A stretch of DNA of 64,000 nucleotides from Nitrospinota bacterium (GTDB lineage Bacteria; UBA8248). The notes beneath the pieces are model-generated. The model worked only from the letters and a program-made list of their open reading frames with translations. It searched no databases and was not told the origin of the DNA. Numbering within the stretch: position 1 is the stretch's first letter; each line of letters begins with the position of its first letter. Below are positions 10,156 to 20,758 of the stretch, in pieces. Location of the stretch: positions 7,567 to 71,566 of the forward strand of contig JAZAHK010000046.1 of the NCBI GenBank assembly GCA_036231405.1. Reading direction: 5' to 3'. Made by a program: the position numbers and the translations under genes.

Positions 10156-11412
10156 ATGTCCTTTACAGAAGTATTTATAGGGATACGTCACTTATTTTCT
10201 AAACGAAACTCTTCCTTTATTTCAGTTACTACGTTAATTTCTATTCTTGGAATTGCTCTCGGTGTTATGGCCCTAATTGTTGTTGTTGGTGTTATGACTG
10301 GATTTGAAAAAGAACTTAGAAGAAAAATATTAGGGATGCAGAGTCATATTGTAGTTTCGGGTATTGGGAATGAAGGAATTCTAAAATGGGATAATCTCTC
10401 AGAAAAAATTAACTCTGAACCAAAAGTAATCTCTTCTTCACCTTTTGTCTATGGACAGGTAATGTTTTCAGCTAGAGGTAGGGCTATGGGAGCGATTGTT
10501 AAAGGAATACTGATAAATTCAAGTTCTAAGAAAAATTTTTCTGAATTTATATCGGAAGGTTCATTTAACAAAATCAGAGAATTGGAGAAGAAAAAAAAAG
10601 AAGGTGTAATACTTGGTAGTGGATTAGCTTCAAAATTAATGGTCGATCCTGGTGATGAAGTTAGGATGATTAGCCCTATAGGGAAAGTGACTCCCATGGG
10701 ATTAATCCCTAGAACTAAAAATTTTGTTGTCGCTGGGGTCTTCAAAAGTGGCTTTTATCAATATGACGCAGGTCTTTCTTTTGTTTCTCTTCAGGGCGCG
10801 CAAAGGTTTTTTGGATTGAGAAAATATGTTTCTGGTCTTCATGTACGCGTGAGCGATATTTTTCTTTCTGAAAGAATTTCGAAAAAGATTAAGGGGAAAA
10901 TAGGCGGTATGTACGAAGTTCGTTCTTGGCAGACAATGAATCAAAACCTTTTTTCTGCTCTTAAAACTGAAAAAACTACAATGACGATTTTGCTTATGTT
11001 AGTTGTTATTGTTGCAGCTTTCAATATTGCGGGTTCTCTTGTAATGGTAGTCATGGAGAAAGGAAAAGATATTGCTATTTTGAAATCAATTGGAGCAACG
11101 AGAGGTTTTATTCTCCGTTTATTTTTTCTTCAGGGTGCTTTCATAGGTTTTGTAGGAACCTTCCTAGGTGTGGTTTTAGGTATTTTATTGGGATGGAATT
11201 TGCATTTTGTTGAATCTCTTCTTGAGAAGTTTTTTGGTTTAGAAATTTTGCCGGCGAGTATTTATCATATTGATAGACTGCCTGTGGAGATACAGTTTTT
11301 CGAGATAATTGTTATTTCTATATTATCTTTTCTAATTAGTTTGATTGCGACTGTTTATCCTGCTTGGAGAGCTTCTTGGGTTGATCCAATAGATGAACTG
11401 AGATTTAGTTAA
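10156..11412 (+). CDS. lolE: Lipoprotein-releasing system permease (LolC/LolE family, FtsX-like)
   Basis: 418 aa. N-terminal TM, large periplasmic loop, three C-terminal TMs (MacB/FtsX fold). Followed by lolD. Confidence 0.85.
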   Translation: MSFTEVFIGIRHLFSKRNSSFISVTTLISILGIALGVMALIVVVGVMTGFEKELRRKILGMQSHIVVSGIGNEGILKWDNLSEKINSEPKVISSSPFVYGQVMFSARGRAMGAIVKGILINSSSKKNFSEFISEGSFNKIRELEKKKKEGVILGSGLASKLMVDPGDEVRMISPIGKVTPMGLIPRTKNFVVAGVFKSGFYQYDAGLSFVSLQGAQRFFGLRKYVSGLHVRVSDIFLSERISKKIKGKIGGMYEVRSWQTMNQNLFSALKTEKTTMTILLMLVVIVAAFNIAGSLVMVVMEKGKDIAILKSIGATRGFILRLFFLQGAFIGFVGTFLGVVLGILLGWNLHFVESLLEKFFGLEILPASIYHIDRLPVEIQFFEIIVISILSFLISLIATVYPAWRASWVDPIDELRFS

Positions 11413-11488
11413 TTTAATTTGTTACAAAGTTTTTCTTGATGTAGAGTTCTCTTTTCAATTTAAAATTATAAAATTAAGAGGTGCGTTA

Positions 11489-12178
11489 ATTCTAAAAGTT
11501 AGAGATTTAAAGAAAATATATAAGATTGGGAAAAATGAAATTGAAATTCTCAAAGGAATTAGTTTTGAGATAGAGAGAGGGGAAATGGTCTCGATCACTG
11601 GACCTTCGGGTGCAGGCAAGTCGACTCTATTACATCTTCTTGGGACTTTGGAAAAACCTTCGTCTGGAGAAATAATTCTAAATGGCAAGTCTATCTCGAA
11701 TGAAACGGATTTTGATTTAGCCAAGATTCGAAATGAAATGATTGGTTTTGTTTTTCAATTTCATTTTCTTCTTTCTGAGTTTACAGCGCTTGAGAATGTG
11801 ATGATTCCTATTTTAATTGGAGGAAAATCAAGAACAATTGCTAAAGAAAAAGCAGAAATACTATTGTCAGATATGGACCTAAAAGAGAGAATTAACCATA
11901 GGCCATCTGAATTATCTGGTGGGGAGCAGCAGAGAGTTGCCATAGCTAGAGCCCTCGCGAATGATCCTCAGATTGTCCTCGCAGACGAACCTACTGGGAA
12001 TCTAGATTCGTCAAATACAAATAGAATTTGTGAATTATTGAAAGAAATTAATTCTAAAACACAGCAAACGTTTTTGATTGTAACGCATAATAGTGTATTA
12101 TCGGATGGTATGGACAGGAAAATGCCTATAGTTGATGGTTTGATTAATGACCAATGTTTAGGAGGGCCAAATGTTTAA
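11489..12178 (+). CDS. lolD: Lipoprotein-releasing system ATP-binding protein; probably starts at a non-canonical ATT codon
   Basis: Walker A GPSGAGKST, signature LSGGEQQRVAIARAL, Walker B LADEPTGNLD. The conserved N-terminus (I)LKVRDLKKIYKIGKNEIEILKGISFEIERGE lies upstream of the first ATG (11585). No ATG/GTG/TTG exists in frame back to the stop at 11393. ATT 11489 sits 5 nt after AAGAGGTG. Confidence 0.8.
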   Translation: MLKVRDLKKIYKIGKNEIEILKGISFEIERGEMVSITGPSGAGKSTLLHLLGTLEKPSSGEIILNGKSISNETDFDLAKIRNEMIGFVFQFHFLLSEFTALENVMIPILIGGKSRTIAKEKAEILLSDMDLKERINHRPSELSGGEQQRVAIARALANDPQIVLADEPTGNLDSSNTNRICELLKEINSKTQQTFLIVTHNSVLSDGMDRKMPIVDGLINDQCLGGPNV

Positions 12179-14615
12179 GAGATTTACTGAACGTGCCCGT
12201 AAGGTAGTTATTTTAGCTAGGGAAGAGGCCGAACGTTACCGACATGAATATCTTGGGACGGAGCATATTCTACTTGGTCTATTAAAAGATGGTGGTGGAA
12301 TTGCAATAGCTGTACTTCAGAAATTAGGTATAGATCCTAAGCAACTCCGTGTTGAACTTGAACGAAATCTCCCAAAAAGTGTCGATTCCCCAGTTGAAGG
12401 AGATATTCCATTTACACCTAAAGCAAAGAAAGTACTTGAGTATGCTGTCGAGGAGGCTCGCTTAATGGGTCATAATTACATCGGCACCGAACACCTTTTG
12501 CTTGGTATTGTAAGAGAAAAGGATGGTTTGGCAGCTAAAGTTCTTTCCAGCTTAGGCATTAATTTGCAAGAAACAAGAGAACAGACAATTAATTTACTTA
12601 GAGAACCAGTGAGTGGTCGAACAAAGGAAAAAAGTAAGACTCCATCCTTAGACGAATTTGGGAGAGATCTTACCGTTCTTGCACAGGAAGGAAAACTAGA
12701 TCCTGTGATCGGTAGAGAAAATGAAACGGAGAGATTAGTACAGATTTTGGCTAGAAGAACTAAGAATAATCCAGTTCTCATAGGAGAACCGGGAGTAGGA
12801 AAGACTGCTATTGTTGAAGGACTTGCACAATTGATATTTTCTCGTGATGTGCCTCAAATTTTATTTGACAAAAGAGTCATACAGTTAGACCTAGGTGCGT
12901 TGGTTGCTGGTACTAAATATCGTGGACAATTTGAGGCGAGATTAAAAGCAATAATGAAGGAAATTAAACAAAGTTCTCAAATTATAATTTTCATAGACGA
13001 GTTGCATACATTGGTTGGAGCTGGTGCTGCAGAGGGTTCTATTGATGCCTCCAACATGTTAAAGCCGGCTTTAAGTCGTGGCGAGGTACAATGTATAGGG
13101 GCTACTACAGTAGATGAATATAGAAGATATATAGAAAAGAACGGGGCGTTAGAGAGACGTTTTCAGAGTATTATGGTTGATCCTCCGTCTATTGAAGACA
13201 CAATAAGTATTTTGAATGGGTTAAAGGAAAGGTATGAAGATCATCATAAAACGCGTTTGGAAAGTGATGCTATAGAAGCGGCAGTGAAATTGTCATCTCA
13301 ATATGTTTCTGATCGTTTTCTTCCTGATAAGGCGATTGATCTTATTGATGAAGCTTGCAGTAAAGTTAGAATAGAAAGAGAGACTTTCCCGAATGATATT
13401 AAAGAATTACAAAAAAGTATTGAAGAGGTCGTTCGTGTAAAGAAGAATATGATAGAGAACCAAGATTTTGAGAAAGCTGTTGAACTCAGAGATCAGGAAG
13501 AAAGAGATAGGACCCTTCTAGACCAAATGAAGTCTGATTGGGAAAAAGAAAAGACTGATGATGAACCACTAGTTACAGAAGACGATGTAGCTTATGTAGT
13601 TAGTCGTATGACCGGGATTCCTCTTCAAAGAATTGAAGAAGTTGAAAATAATCGCCTTCTCAGGATGGAAGAGGAACTTAATGAAAAAATTATTGGGCAA
13701 GAAGAAGCCACCCGTTTACTCACAAAAGCAGTCCGTCGTGCGCGGTCTGGACTTAAAAATCCTACTAGGCCTATTGGTAGTTTTCTATTCTTAGGTCCTA
13801 CTGGAGTTGGTAAAACTGAGATGGCTAGAGTTCTTGCGGATTTTATGTTTGGAGATAGAAATGCTCTTATAAGAATTGATATGAGTGAGTATATGGAGCG
13901 TTTCAATGTTTCTCGTTTAACAGGCGCACCTCCTGGTTATGTTGGATATGAAGAAGGTGGACAATTCACTGAACAAGTGAGAAGAAAGCCTTATTCGGTA
14001 GTACTCTTGGATGAAATAGAGAAGGCTCATCCTGATATATACAATATTTTACTCCAGGTAATGGAAGACGGATCTTTAACTGACAGTTATGGACGTCAGG
14101 TAGATTTCAAAAACACTATAATTATAATGACTTCGAATATTGCAGCTAGAACTATGGAAAAAGGTGGTTCCATGGGGTTTCAAAAAAGCGATCTGGTTAA
14201 TAACTTTGAAAAGTTGAAAGATAAAATTAAGGACGAGTTAAAAAGAACTTTTAATCCTGAATTCTTAAATCGTATAGACGAGGTTGCAACATTCAGAACT
14301 CTGTCCCATGAGGATATAACAAAAATAGTTGATATTGAAATTTCAAAAATAAATCAAACTTTACAGGATAAGAGTTTGTCTATTGAACTAACAGAAGATG
14401 CTCGTTCATGGATAGCTCAAGAGGGCTACGATCCTTCTTATGGGGCAAGACCACTTAAACGTGTGATTCAGAAACATATAGAGGATACTTTAAGTGAGGA
14501 GTTCCTGCGTGGGAAATTCACACAAGGCGGTACTGTTTTGGTTAAATTGGCTGGTGATGAATTGGTTTTCGAGTCTAAAGAGACCTCGGAAGTTTTAAGC
14601 GCGCAGGATGTGTAA
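12171..14615 (+). CDS. clpC: ATP-dependent Clp protease ATP-binding subunit, ClpC-type (two Clp_N repeats, UVR linker, two AAA+ modules)
   Basis: 814 aa. Clp_N repeats, Walker A GEPGVGKT and [11 protein letters not shown] motif around [14 protein letters not shown]. Overlaps the lolD stop (ATGTTTAA). Confidence 0.9.
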   Translation: MFKRFTERARKVVILAREEAERYRHEYLGTEHILLGLLKDGGGIAIAVLQKLGIDPKQLRVELERNLPKSVDSPVEGDIPFTPKAKKVLEYAVEEARLMGHNYIGTEHLLLGIVREKDGLAAKVLSSLGINLQETREQTINLLREPVSGRTKEKSKTPSLDEFGRDLTVLAQEGKLDPVIGRENETERLVQILARRTKNNPVLIGEPGVGKTAIVEGLAQLIFSRDVPQILFDKRVIQLDLGALVAGTKYRGQFEARLKAIMKEIKQSSQIIIFIDELHTLVGAGAAEGSIDASNMLKPALSRGEVQCIGATTVDEYRRYIEKNGALERRFQSIMVDPPSIEDTISILNGLKERYEDHHKTRLESDAIEAAVKLSSQYVSDRFLPDKAIDLIDEACSKVRIERETFPNDIKELQKSIEEVVRVKKNMIENQDFEKAVELRDQEERDRTLLDQMKSDWEKEKTDDEPLVTEDDVAYVVSRMTGIPLQRIEEVENNRLLRMEEELNEKIIGQEEATRLLTKAVRRARSGLKNPTRPIGSFLFLGPTGVGKTEMARVLADFMFGDRNALIRIDMSEYMERFNVSRLTGAPPGYVGYEEGGQFTEQVRRKPYSVVLLDEIEKAHPDIYNILLQVMEDGSLTDSYGRQVDFKNTIIIMTSNIAARTMEKGGSMGFQKSDLVNNFEKLKDKIKDELKRTFNPEFLNRIDEVATFRTLSHEDITKIVDIEISKINQTLQDKSLSIELTEDARSWIAQEGYDPSYGARPLKRVIQKHIEDTLSEEFLRGKFTQGGTVLVKLAGDELVFESKETSEVLSAQDV

Positions 14616-14660
14616 TTTTCAAAAATATTTTTCATTTCTTAAAGCCCTCAGGAGGGCGTA

Positions 14661-16979
14661 ATGTTTTTTCCCGCGAGAGCTTTCGTCTTTCTCTCTTTGT
14701 TTGTATTTGTTCTCGCTCTTACGTCATCTAGTGTCCAATCTAAACCTAGTCCCCCTGCTATTACAATTAAAGCTATAGAAATAAAAGGTAATGTTAGAGT
14801 TGACCGTTCTACTATCCTTTTTCATCTTGGCCTAAAGGTTGGAAAGAGTTATAAAAACAACGAACTTGTAGACCAAACAAGGTCTGATGTGCGCAAGGTT
14901 TTTTCTCTTGGTTTTTTTCGTGATGTTAAGGTAGAAGTGAAATCTTTTGAAGGTGGACTACGAGTAATTTATCGAGTCATTGAAAAACCAACTATCACTT
15001 CCATCATTATTACAGGTAATTCTCGAGTTTCAAGCGATGATATAAGAGAATTGCTTACTATCAAGACGCAGACTATAGTAAACAAATCTAACCTAAATAC
15101 TACTTTGCAAAATGTCAGAAGGTTATATGAAGAAAAGGGTTACTTTTTTGCAAAGATTGAAGCTATCTTAAAATCACAGAAGAAAAATAAAGTAAAGATA
15201 ACTTTGAACATAGATGAAGGAGATAGCGTAAGAATAGAATCTATAAAATTCCAGGGGAACAATTCTTTCTCTAAGAGGAAATTGCTCCGTATCATTGATA
15301 TAAATGAAGAAGGATTCTTCTCATATTTTACAGACTCAGGAATTTATACTAAAGAAATTCTTCAAAGTGATCTCGCTAAAATAGAAGCACATTATCAAAG
15401 CAATGGGTACATTAAAGCCCAGATCGGTCAGCCGATAATTAAAAAAGATGTTAACAGAAATAAGTTGACGATAATAATTCCGATAACTGAAGGAAAAGTT
15501 TTCTCGATAGGAAAAATTAAGATAATTGGTGGAGAAAAAATAATTCCTAAAAGTGAATTAGAGAAACAATTGAAAATGTTTGAAGGTGACATTTTTGATC
15601 GTTCGATTTTTCGTTCAGATATCCGGAAGATAAGGAATAGTTTTAGTGAGTTTGGGTACGCATATGTAACAGTAAAACCTTTGATAGACGTTGATGAAGT
15701 CGCACAAAAAGTAGATCTTACAATTAAAATAGATACAAAGCATAGAGTGTATATAAGAAATATTAATATAGAAGGTAACACTAGGACCCGTGACAATGTT
15801 ATTCGAAGGAATGTTAGAGTTGTTGAAGGAGGTTTGTATAATTCTAAAGATCTCGCTATCACTCGAAAGAGACTTGGGAGGCTTGGTTTTTTCAGTAAGA
15901 TTGCAGTAAAAGAAGAAGACGTCTCTGGCAAAGAAAATCTAATGGATATCGATATTAAAATTAAAGAACAACCTACTGGTTCTATTACAGGTGGGATGAC
16001 TTTAAGTAGTGAGTCCGGTGCTGGAATAATGGGACAGGTAAAGGAGAACAATTTGTTTGGAAGGGGTTATAATACTAGTCTTAAAGGTTCTTTAACTGAT
16101 CAAGATATTGATTTTGTTGGAACATTTACCGACCCTGATTTTATGGATAAGGGCTTCTCATTTGGCGGAGATTTATTCTTTGAGGATCAAGAGTATGATT
16201 CCTTTGATAGTCGCAGAGAGGGAGGTCGTATTGGAATAGGTAAGGAAATATTCGAATTTATGAATGTATTTTTATCATACGAGTTTTCTGCAACGAAAGT
16301 TACTAATGCAGCTGCGAATACTCATCAAGATATACTTGATTTCGAGAATAAAACTCGTTTAGAAAGTAAAATAACTCCATGGCTTAGATATGACAGTAGA
16401 GATTCACGTGGAATGCCTACGGAAGGGATTTATTTTAAATTAGTACCTGCTCTTTCAGGTGGATTCCTTGGTGCGGACATTGATATGTTCTCATTTGAGA
16501 ATGAATTTCAATATTTTAAAAGTATTGGGCGAGATTTACGTATTAGATCATTGAAAAAATTAGTCTTAAAAAGTCATGTTAATTTAAGATATGTAGATAC
16601 TTTTAATGGGAAGGTCCCTGGGTATCGTCGTTTATATAGTAAAGGATATGGAAAAGGAGTGAGAGGATATCGTTCTGATGACCTAGGACCAAAGGATACT
16701 CAAGGAAATGCGATTGGTGGTCTTTCTGCTGCATTGCTCTCTTTAGAACTTAGACATCCCTTCATAGGCCCGACTAGTGTATCTATATTTACAGATGCTG
16801 GAAATGTTTGGGAGCGACATAATGCTTTTGATTTAGGGGATCTTCGTTATTCAGCGGGTGTTGGATTAAGTTTTATTACGCCTCTTGGTCCGATGAGGGT
16901 GGATATGGGGTACAAGCTTGATACAAAAACTGGAGAACGGAGTAGAGAATCACATGTGCAGTTAGGTGTTGGATTTTAA
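14661..16979 (+). CDS. bamA: Outer membrane protein assembly factor BamA
   Basis: 772 aa. Signal peptide, multiple POTRA repeats, C-terminal Omp85 beta-barrel ending in aromatic F. Confidence 0.9.
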   Translation: MFFPARAFVFLSLFVFVLALTSSSVQSKPSPPAITIKAIEIKGNVRVDRSTILFHLGLKVGKSYKNNELVDQTRSDVRKVFSLGFFRDVKVEVKSFEGGLRVIYRVIEKPTITSIIITGNSRVSSDDIRELLTIKTQTIVNKSNLNTTLQNVRRLYEEKGYFFAKIEAILKSQKKNKVKITLNIDEGDSVRIESIKFQGNNSFSKRKLLRIIDINEEGFFSYFTDSGIYTKEILQSDLAKIEAHYQSNGYIKAQIGQPIIKKDVNRNKLTIIIPITEGKVFSIGKIKIIGGEKIIPKSELEKQLKMFEGDIFDRSIFRSDIRKIRNSFSEFGYAYVTVKPLIDVDEVAQKVDLTIKIDTKHRVYIRNINIEGNTRTRDNVIRRNVRVVEGGLYNSKDLAITRKRLGRLGFFSKIAVKEEDVSGKENLMDIDIKIKEQPTGSITGGMTLSSESGAGIMGQVKENNLFGRGYNTSLKGSLTDQDIDFVGTFTDPDFMDKGFSFGGDLFFEDQEYDSFDSRREGGRIGIGKEIFEFMNVFLSYEFSATKVTNAAANTHQDILDFENKTRLESKITPWLRYDSRDSRGMPTEGIYFKLVPALSGGFLGADIDMFSFENEFQYFKSIGRDLRIRSLKKLVLKSHVNLRYVDTFNGKVPGYRRLYSKGYGKGVRGYRSDDLGPKDTQGNAIGGLSAALLSLELRHPFIGPTSVSIFTDAGNVWERHNAFDLGDLRYSAGVGLSFITPLGPMRVDMGYKLDTKTGERSRESHVQLGVGF

Positions 16980-16997
16980 ATAATGTGATGGAGTGAA

Positions 16998-17537
16998 ATG
17001 AAACTCATTATTTTCTTCTTATTCTTATTACTCTTTAGTTCTTCTGTTTATGCAGTAAAGTTTGGTGTTGTTGATGTTCAAAGAGTACTCCGTAATTCTA
17101 AACCTGCATTGAATGCTCGTCGAAAGTTAGAAATAAAAGCAAAAAAATTGGACATTTTGATTAAATCTAAGAGAAAAGAATTGGAAAAGAAAATGATGTC
17201 AGTTAAAAAATTAGAAGATGATTTTAATCAAAAAGCTGCGATTTGGAGGAAAAAAAAGAGGAATGAAAAAAGAAAGAAAGTACTAAATCTACAGAGAAAA
17301 TTACTTCGAAAGAGGGATGAATTAAGATTGTTTTTTGGTGAAAAGAGAAGAGATTTGGAACGGGAGAAGAGAAGAATAGGATCGGAAATAGTTCGTACAA
17401 TAAGGAAGATATCAAGTAAAGTTGCAAAAGAGGAAAAATTTGATTTGGTCATAGATAGTTCAACACTTGTGTTATATCGAAATAGTTCTATAGATTTAAC
17501 TAATAAAGTTATTCAGAGATATGAATCTTTAAAATAG
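16998..17537 (+). CDS. skp: Periplasmic chaperone Skp/OmpH
   Basis: 179 aa. Signal peptide, highly charged coiled-coil K/R/E-rich body. Conserved bamA-skp-lpxD order. Confidence 0.8.
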   Translation: MKLIIFFLFLLLFSSSVYAVKFGVVDVQRVLRNSKPALNARRKLEIKAKKLDILIKSKRKELEKKMMSVKKLEDDFNQKAAIWRKKKRNEKRKKVLNLQRKLLRKRDELRLFFGEKRRDLEREKRRIGSEIVRTIRKISSKVAKEEKFDLVIDSSTLVLYRNSSIDLTNKVIQRYESLK

Positions 17538-17545
17538 TAGGGCTT

Positions 17546-18547
17546 ATGCGACTTTCAAAAATAGCCGGATTCATAAGCGGTACTTTGACTGGAGATGGTA
17601 ACTTTGAGGTTTCTGATATAGCAGAATATAAAGACGCAAGTTCCAAAGAATTAAGTTTTGTTATTTTAGAAAAATATCTCAAGGAATGTTCTGCGGGTGC
17701 TTTGATTATACCCTCTAGCATTGAACCAGACCGTCCTTCTATTATTTCCAAAAATCCGAAATTGGACTTTGCAAAAGCGATCTCACTTTTCCGTCCAGTA
17801 AAAGATTTAAAGAAAGGTATTCATGAAACTGCTGTATATAGCAATAATGTAAAGTTCGGAGAAGATATTTTTATTGGTCCTTATGTTGTAGTAGAAAACA
17901 ATGTTTCTATAGGGGATAGGACTCAAATATCGGCTGGGGTGAAGATAGGAGAGGATGTAATTATTGGGCATGATTGTATGATTTCTCCTAACGTAATCCT
18001 TCATTCAAACGTTGTTATAGGTTCAAGGGTTATCTTGCATGCAGGAGTTGTTATAGGATCAGATGGTTTTGGATATGTGCAAGACGAGTCTGGAAATCAT
18101 GTTAAATTCCCTCAAACTGGAACTGTTATTATAGAAGATGATGTTGAAATTGGTGCTAATAGTACGATTGATAGAGGGACAATAGAAGAAACTAGGATTT
18201 GTTCAGGGACAAAGATAGATAATCAGGTTCAAATTGCTCATAACGTCTTAATAGGAGAGGATTGTTTACTTGCATCACAAGTAGGTATTGCGGGGAGTGT
18301 TAAGATTGGGAAAAATGTCTTTTTTGGTGGCAAGTCGGGTTCGATAGAACATGTAGAGATTGAAGATAATGTAAGATTGGCCGCAAAAAGTGTAGCAACC
18401 AAAAAACTAGAATCAGGGAAAACTTATTTTGGTTTCCCTGCGGAAGAAATAGGAATAGCGAAACGAAATCTTTCATATCTCAGGCGTTTGCCTAAGTTTT
18501 ACAAGAGGTTTTCTTCGTTCGAAAAAAATGAGGAAAATAATGATTGA
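17546..18547 (+). CDS. lpxD: UDP-3-O-acylglucosamine N-acyltransferase
   Basis: 333 aa. N-terminal LpxD domain plus left-handed beta-helix hexapeptide repeats. Position after skp. Confidence 0.88.
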   Translation: MRLSKIAGFISGTLTGDGNFEVSDIAEYKDASSKELSFVILEKYLKECSAGALIIPSSIEPDRPSIISKNPKLDFAKAISLFRPVKDLKKGIHETAVYSNNVKFGEDIFIGPYVVVENNVSIGDRTQISAGVKIGEDVIIGHDCMISPNVILHSNVVIGSRVILHAGVVIGSDGFGYVQDESGNHVKFPQTGTVIIEDDVEIGANSTIDRGTIEETRICSGTKIDNQVQIAHNVLIGEDCLLASQVGIAGSVKIGKNVFFGGKSGSIEHVEIEDNVRLAAKSVATKKLESGKTYFGFPAEEIGIAKRNLSYLRRLPKFYKRFSSFEKNEENND

Positions 18548-18971
18548 CCTAAATGGAATAAAGCAACTTATTCCACATAGAGATCCTTTTTTATTAATAG
18601 ATCGGGTTGTTTCCATTGATAGTGAGATTCCTTTGATTTTGGCGGAAAAAGATATACTTCCTTCACTTGATTTTTTTAAGGGACATTTTCCAGAAAGACC
18701 TATTATGCCTGGAGTTTTAGTTTTAGAAGCTCTGGCACAGACGGGTATTTTGTATCTTTTTTATTCTCAAATTTTACAAAAAGAGGAACCGTTTTTTTTT
18801 ACTACAATAGAAAAAGTAAAGTTTAAAAGAACTGTAGTTCCCGGGGATTGTCTTTCATTAGAAGTGAAAATGTTAAGGTCAAGAAGCAATTTTTTCAAAA
18901 TGTCTGGAACTGCGTCCGTAAATAAGGGAGTAGCTGCTGAAGCTGTTATGTCAGCTTTCGTTACTAGATAA
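18528..18971 (+). CDS. fabZ: 3-hydroxyacyl-ACP dehydratase
   Basis: 147 aa. Hot-dog fold with [14 protein letters not shown] and [13 protein letters not shown] motifs. Confidence 0.92.
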   Translation: MRKIMIDLNGIKQLIPHRDPFLLIDRVVSIDSEIPLILAEKDILPSLDFFKGHFPERPIMPGVLVLEALAQTGILYLFYSQILQKEEPFFFTTIEKVKFKRTVVPGDCLSLEVKMLRSRSNFFKMSGTASVNKGVAAEAVMSAFVTR

Positions 18972-18975
18972 AAAA

Positions 18976-19758
18976 GTGAATGATATACATAAAACTGTAG
19001 AGATTCAAAGAGATGCCCTTATCGGAGACAATATTAAGATTGGTTCTGGTTCTGTCATTGAAAAAAATGTAGTAATTAAAGATGGGGTGTCGATTGGTCC
19101 TAATGTAGTTATACAAGGTCCAACAGTCATTGAGGAGAATTGTAGGATTTTCCCTGGAGCTGTCTTAGGATGTGAACCACAAATTATAGATTTAGAGGAT
19201 AAAACAGGAAATTTAATAATTGGAAAAAGAACAGTAATCCGAGAGTTTGTTACAATCCATCGTTCTATGAGTGTAAAAGATTCCACCCTAATAGGAGAGG
19301 ATTGTTATTTGATGAATGGCGTTCACATTGGGCATGATAGTAAAGTTTCAAATCGTGTTGTTATTGCTAGTTGTAGCACATGTGCTGGACACACAAAAAT
19401 TGGAGACGATGTCTTTGTTTCTGCTTTTGTTGGCTTTCATCAATTCGCTCGTATTGGAGAAGGTTCTTTTGTTGGTGCGCATAGTGGTGTTAAAAAAGAT
19501 GTTCCTCCATTTACTATGATAGATTCGCCTCCTGTACGCGTTAGAGGTTTAAATATTATAGGAATGAAAAGGAGAGGGGTTTCATCAAAAGTTAGAAATG
19601 ATGTTAAGCAAGCTTATAAAGTTCTGTTTAATTCCAAAGAAACTTTAGCTGAATCTTGTGAAAAAGTTGAAAATGATTTTGAAGTTCATAGAGAGATAAA
19701 AGCTATTATTGATTTTATTAGAAATTCAGACCGTGGTATTTATCAAGGAACGATTTAA
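18976..19758 (+). CDS. lpxA: Acyl-ACP--UDP-N-acetylglucosamine O-acyltransferase
   Basis: 260 aa from a GTG start. Hexapeptide-repeat beta-helix plus C-terminal alpha-helical domain. lpxD-fabZ-lpxA order. Confidence 0.88.
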   Translation: MNDIHKTVEIQRDALIGDNIKIGSGSVIEKNVVIKDGVSIGPNVVIQGPTVIEENCRIFPGAVLGCEPQIIDLEDKTGNLIIGKRTVIREFVTIHRSMSVKDSTLIGEDCYLMNGVHIGHDSKVSNRVVIASCSTCAGHTKIGDDVFVSAFVGFHQFARIGEGSFVGAHSGVKKDVPPFTMIDSPPVRVRGLNIIGMKRRGVSSKVRNDVKQAYKVLFNSKETLAESCEKVENDFEVHREIKAIIDFIRNSDRGIYQGTI

Positions 19759-19775
19759 TCTTGGGGATGTAGAAA

Positions 19776-20747
19776 ATGTCTGGGCAATTTAGAGTGGGAG
19801 TTGTTGGAGTTGGCCACATGGGAAGTTATCACGTTGCGGCTCTTTCTGAGTTGTTGGATTATGAGATAGTTGCAGTTTGCGATCTAAATGAGAATAGAGC
19901 GAAATCTATTGCAGATAAATACGGAACTGTTTTTTTTAAAAAACCGGAGGAAATGATAGATTCTGTTGACGCAGTTACGATTGCGGTACCAACTCGACAT
20001 CACTTTTCTGTTTCCCGTCTTTTTCTCGAAAATGGAGTTCATGTTCTTGTTGAAAAACCAATTTGTAATACTTTAGAAGAATCTAAAGAGTTGTTTGAAA
20101 TTGCTAAGAAAAACAAGCTTGTGCTCCATATTGGTCATGTTGAGAGATTTAATGGAGCCGTCCAGGAATTAAAAAATATAGTATCTAACCCATCCCTTAT
20201 TGAATGTCGTAGGATGGGACCTTTTACAGAACGTGTAAGGGATGATGGAGTTGTTCTTGATTTAATGATACATGATCTTGATATAGTTCTTAGACTTATG
20301 AATGAGAAAATAGTTTCTTTGTCTGCAGTTGGTTCAACCGTTCAAAGTCAGAGGGACGATATTGCTAACGTCCAAATAGTTTTTGAAAATAGGTGTGTAT
20401 CAAACTTGATAGCTAGCAGAGTAACACAGAGTAAAATCCGTACTCTTTCAATTTCTCAGCCAGATGCTTACATTACTCTTGATTATGGAGATCAGGAGTT
20501 ACGGATCCAAAGAAAGGCATCCAGTGAACATCAGCTTTCAAGAGAGGACCTTAAGTACAGGGAACAGTCCGAGTTAGAAAGGTTATTTGTTCATAAGGAT
20601 AATCCTTTGAAACTCGAGTTACGTCACTTTCTAGATTCTGCGCTAGCAAAAAAAGTGGTAGAAAATCCTAATTTAGACTTATGGTCTTTAGAGGTTGCGC
20701 TTCAAATTCTTGAAATATTGGATATTCCAACCCCTGTTTCTTCTTAA
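19776..20747 (+). CDS. Gfo/Idh/MocA-family NAD-dependent oxidoreductase embedded in the lipid A cluster (GnnA-like candidate)
   Basis: 323 aa. N-terminal Rossmann GVVGVGHMGSYH, EKP motif (VLVEKPI). Sits between lpxA and lpxI/lpxB. Confidence 0.7.
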   Translation: MSGQFRVGVVGVGHMGSYHVAALSELLDYEIVAVCDLNENRAKSIADKYGTVFFKKPEEMIDSVDAVTIAVPTRHHFSVSRLFLENGVHVLVEKPICNTLEESKELFEIAKKNKLVLHIGHVERFNGAVQELKNIVSNPSLIECRRMGPFTERVRDDGVVLDLMIHDLDIVLRLMNEKIVSLSAVGSTVQSQRDDIANVQIVFENRCVSNLIASRVTQSKIRTLSISQPDAYITLDYGDQELRIQRKASSEHQLSREDLKYREQSELERLFVHKDNPLKLELRHFLDSALAKKVVENPNLDLWSLEVALQILEILDIPTPVSS

Positions 20748-20758
20748 TCTGAGAACAT

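Noticed and set aside
14644-14657. GCCCTCAGGAGGGC palindrome after clpC, considered as a terminator
   Set aside because: It has a 2-nt loop, and the AGGAGGG half is positioned as the Shine-Dalgarno of bamA (ATG 14661). It is more likely an RBS than a terminator.
15428-16051. 207-aa minus-strand ORF inside bamA
   Set aside because: Antisense to a well-supported conserved gene. Low-complexity, Ser/Ile/Leu-rich translation typical of the reverse strand of AT-rich coding DNA. No SD.
19316-19519. 67-aa ORF nested in lpxA (and similar nested ORFs at 2148..2339, 12476..12781, 23799..23999)
   Set aside because: Out-of-frame or antisense overlaps within well-supported genes, with hydrophobic low-complexity translations.
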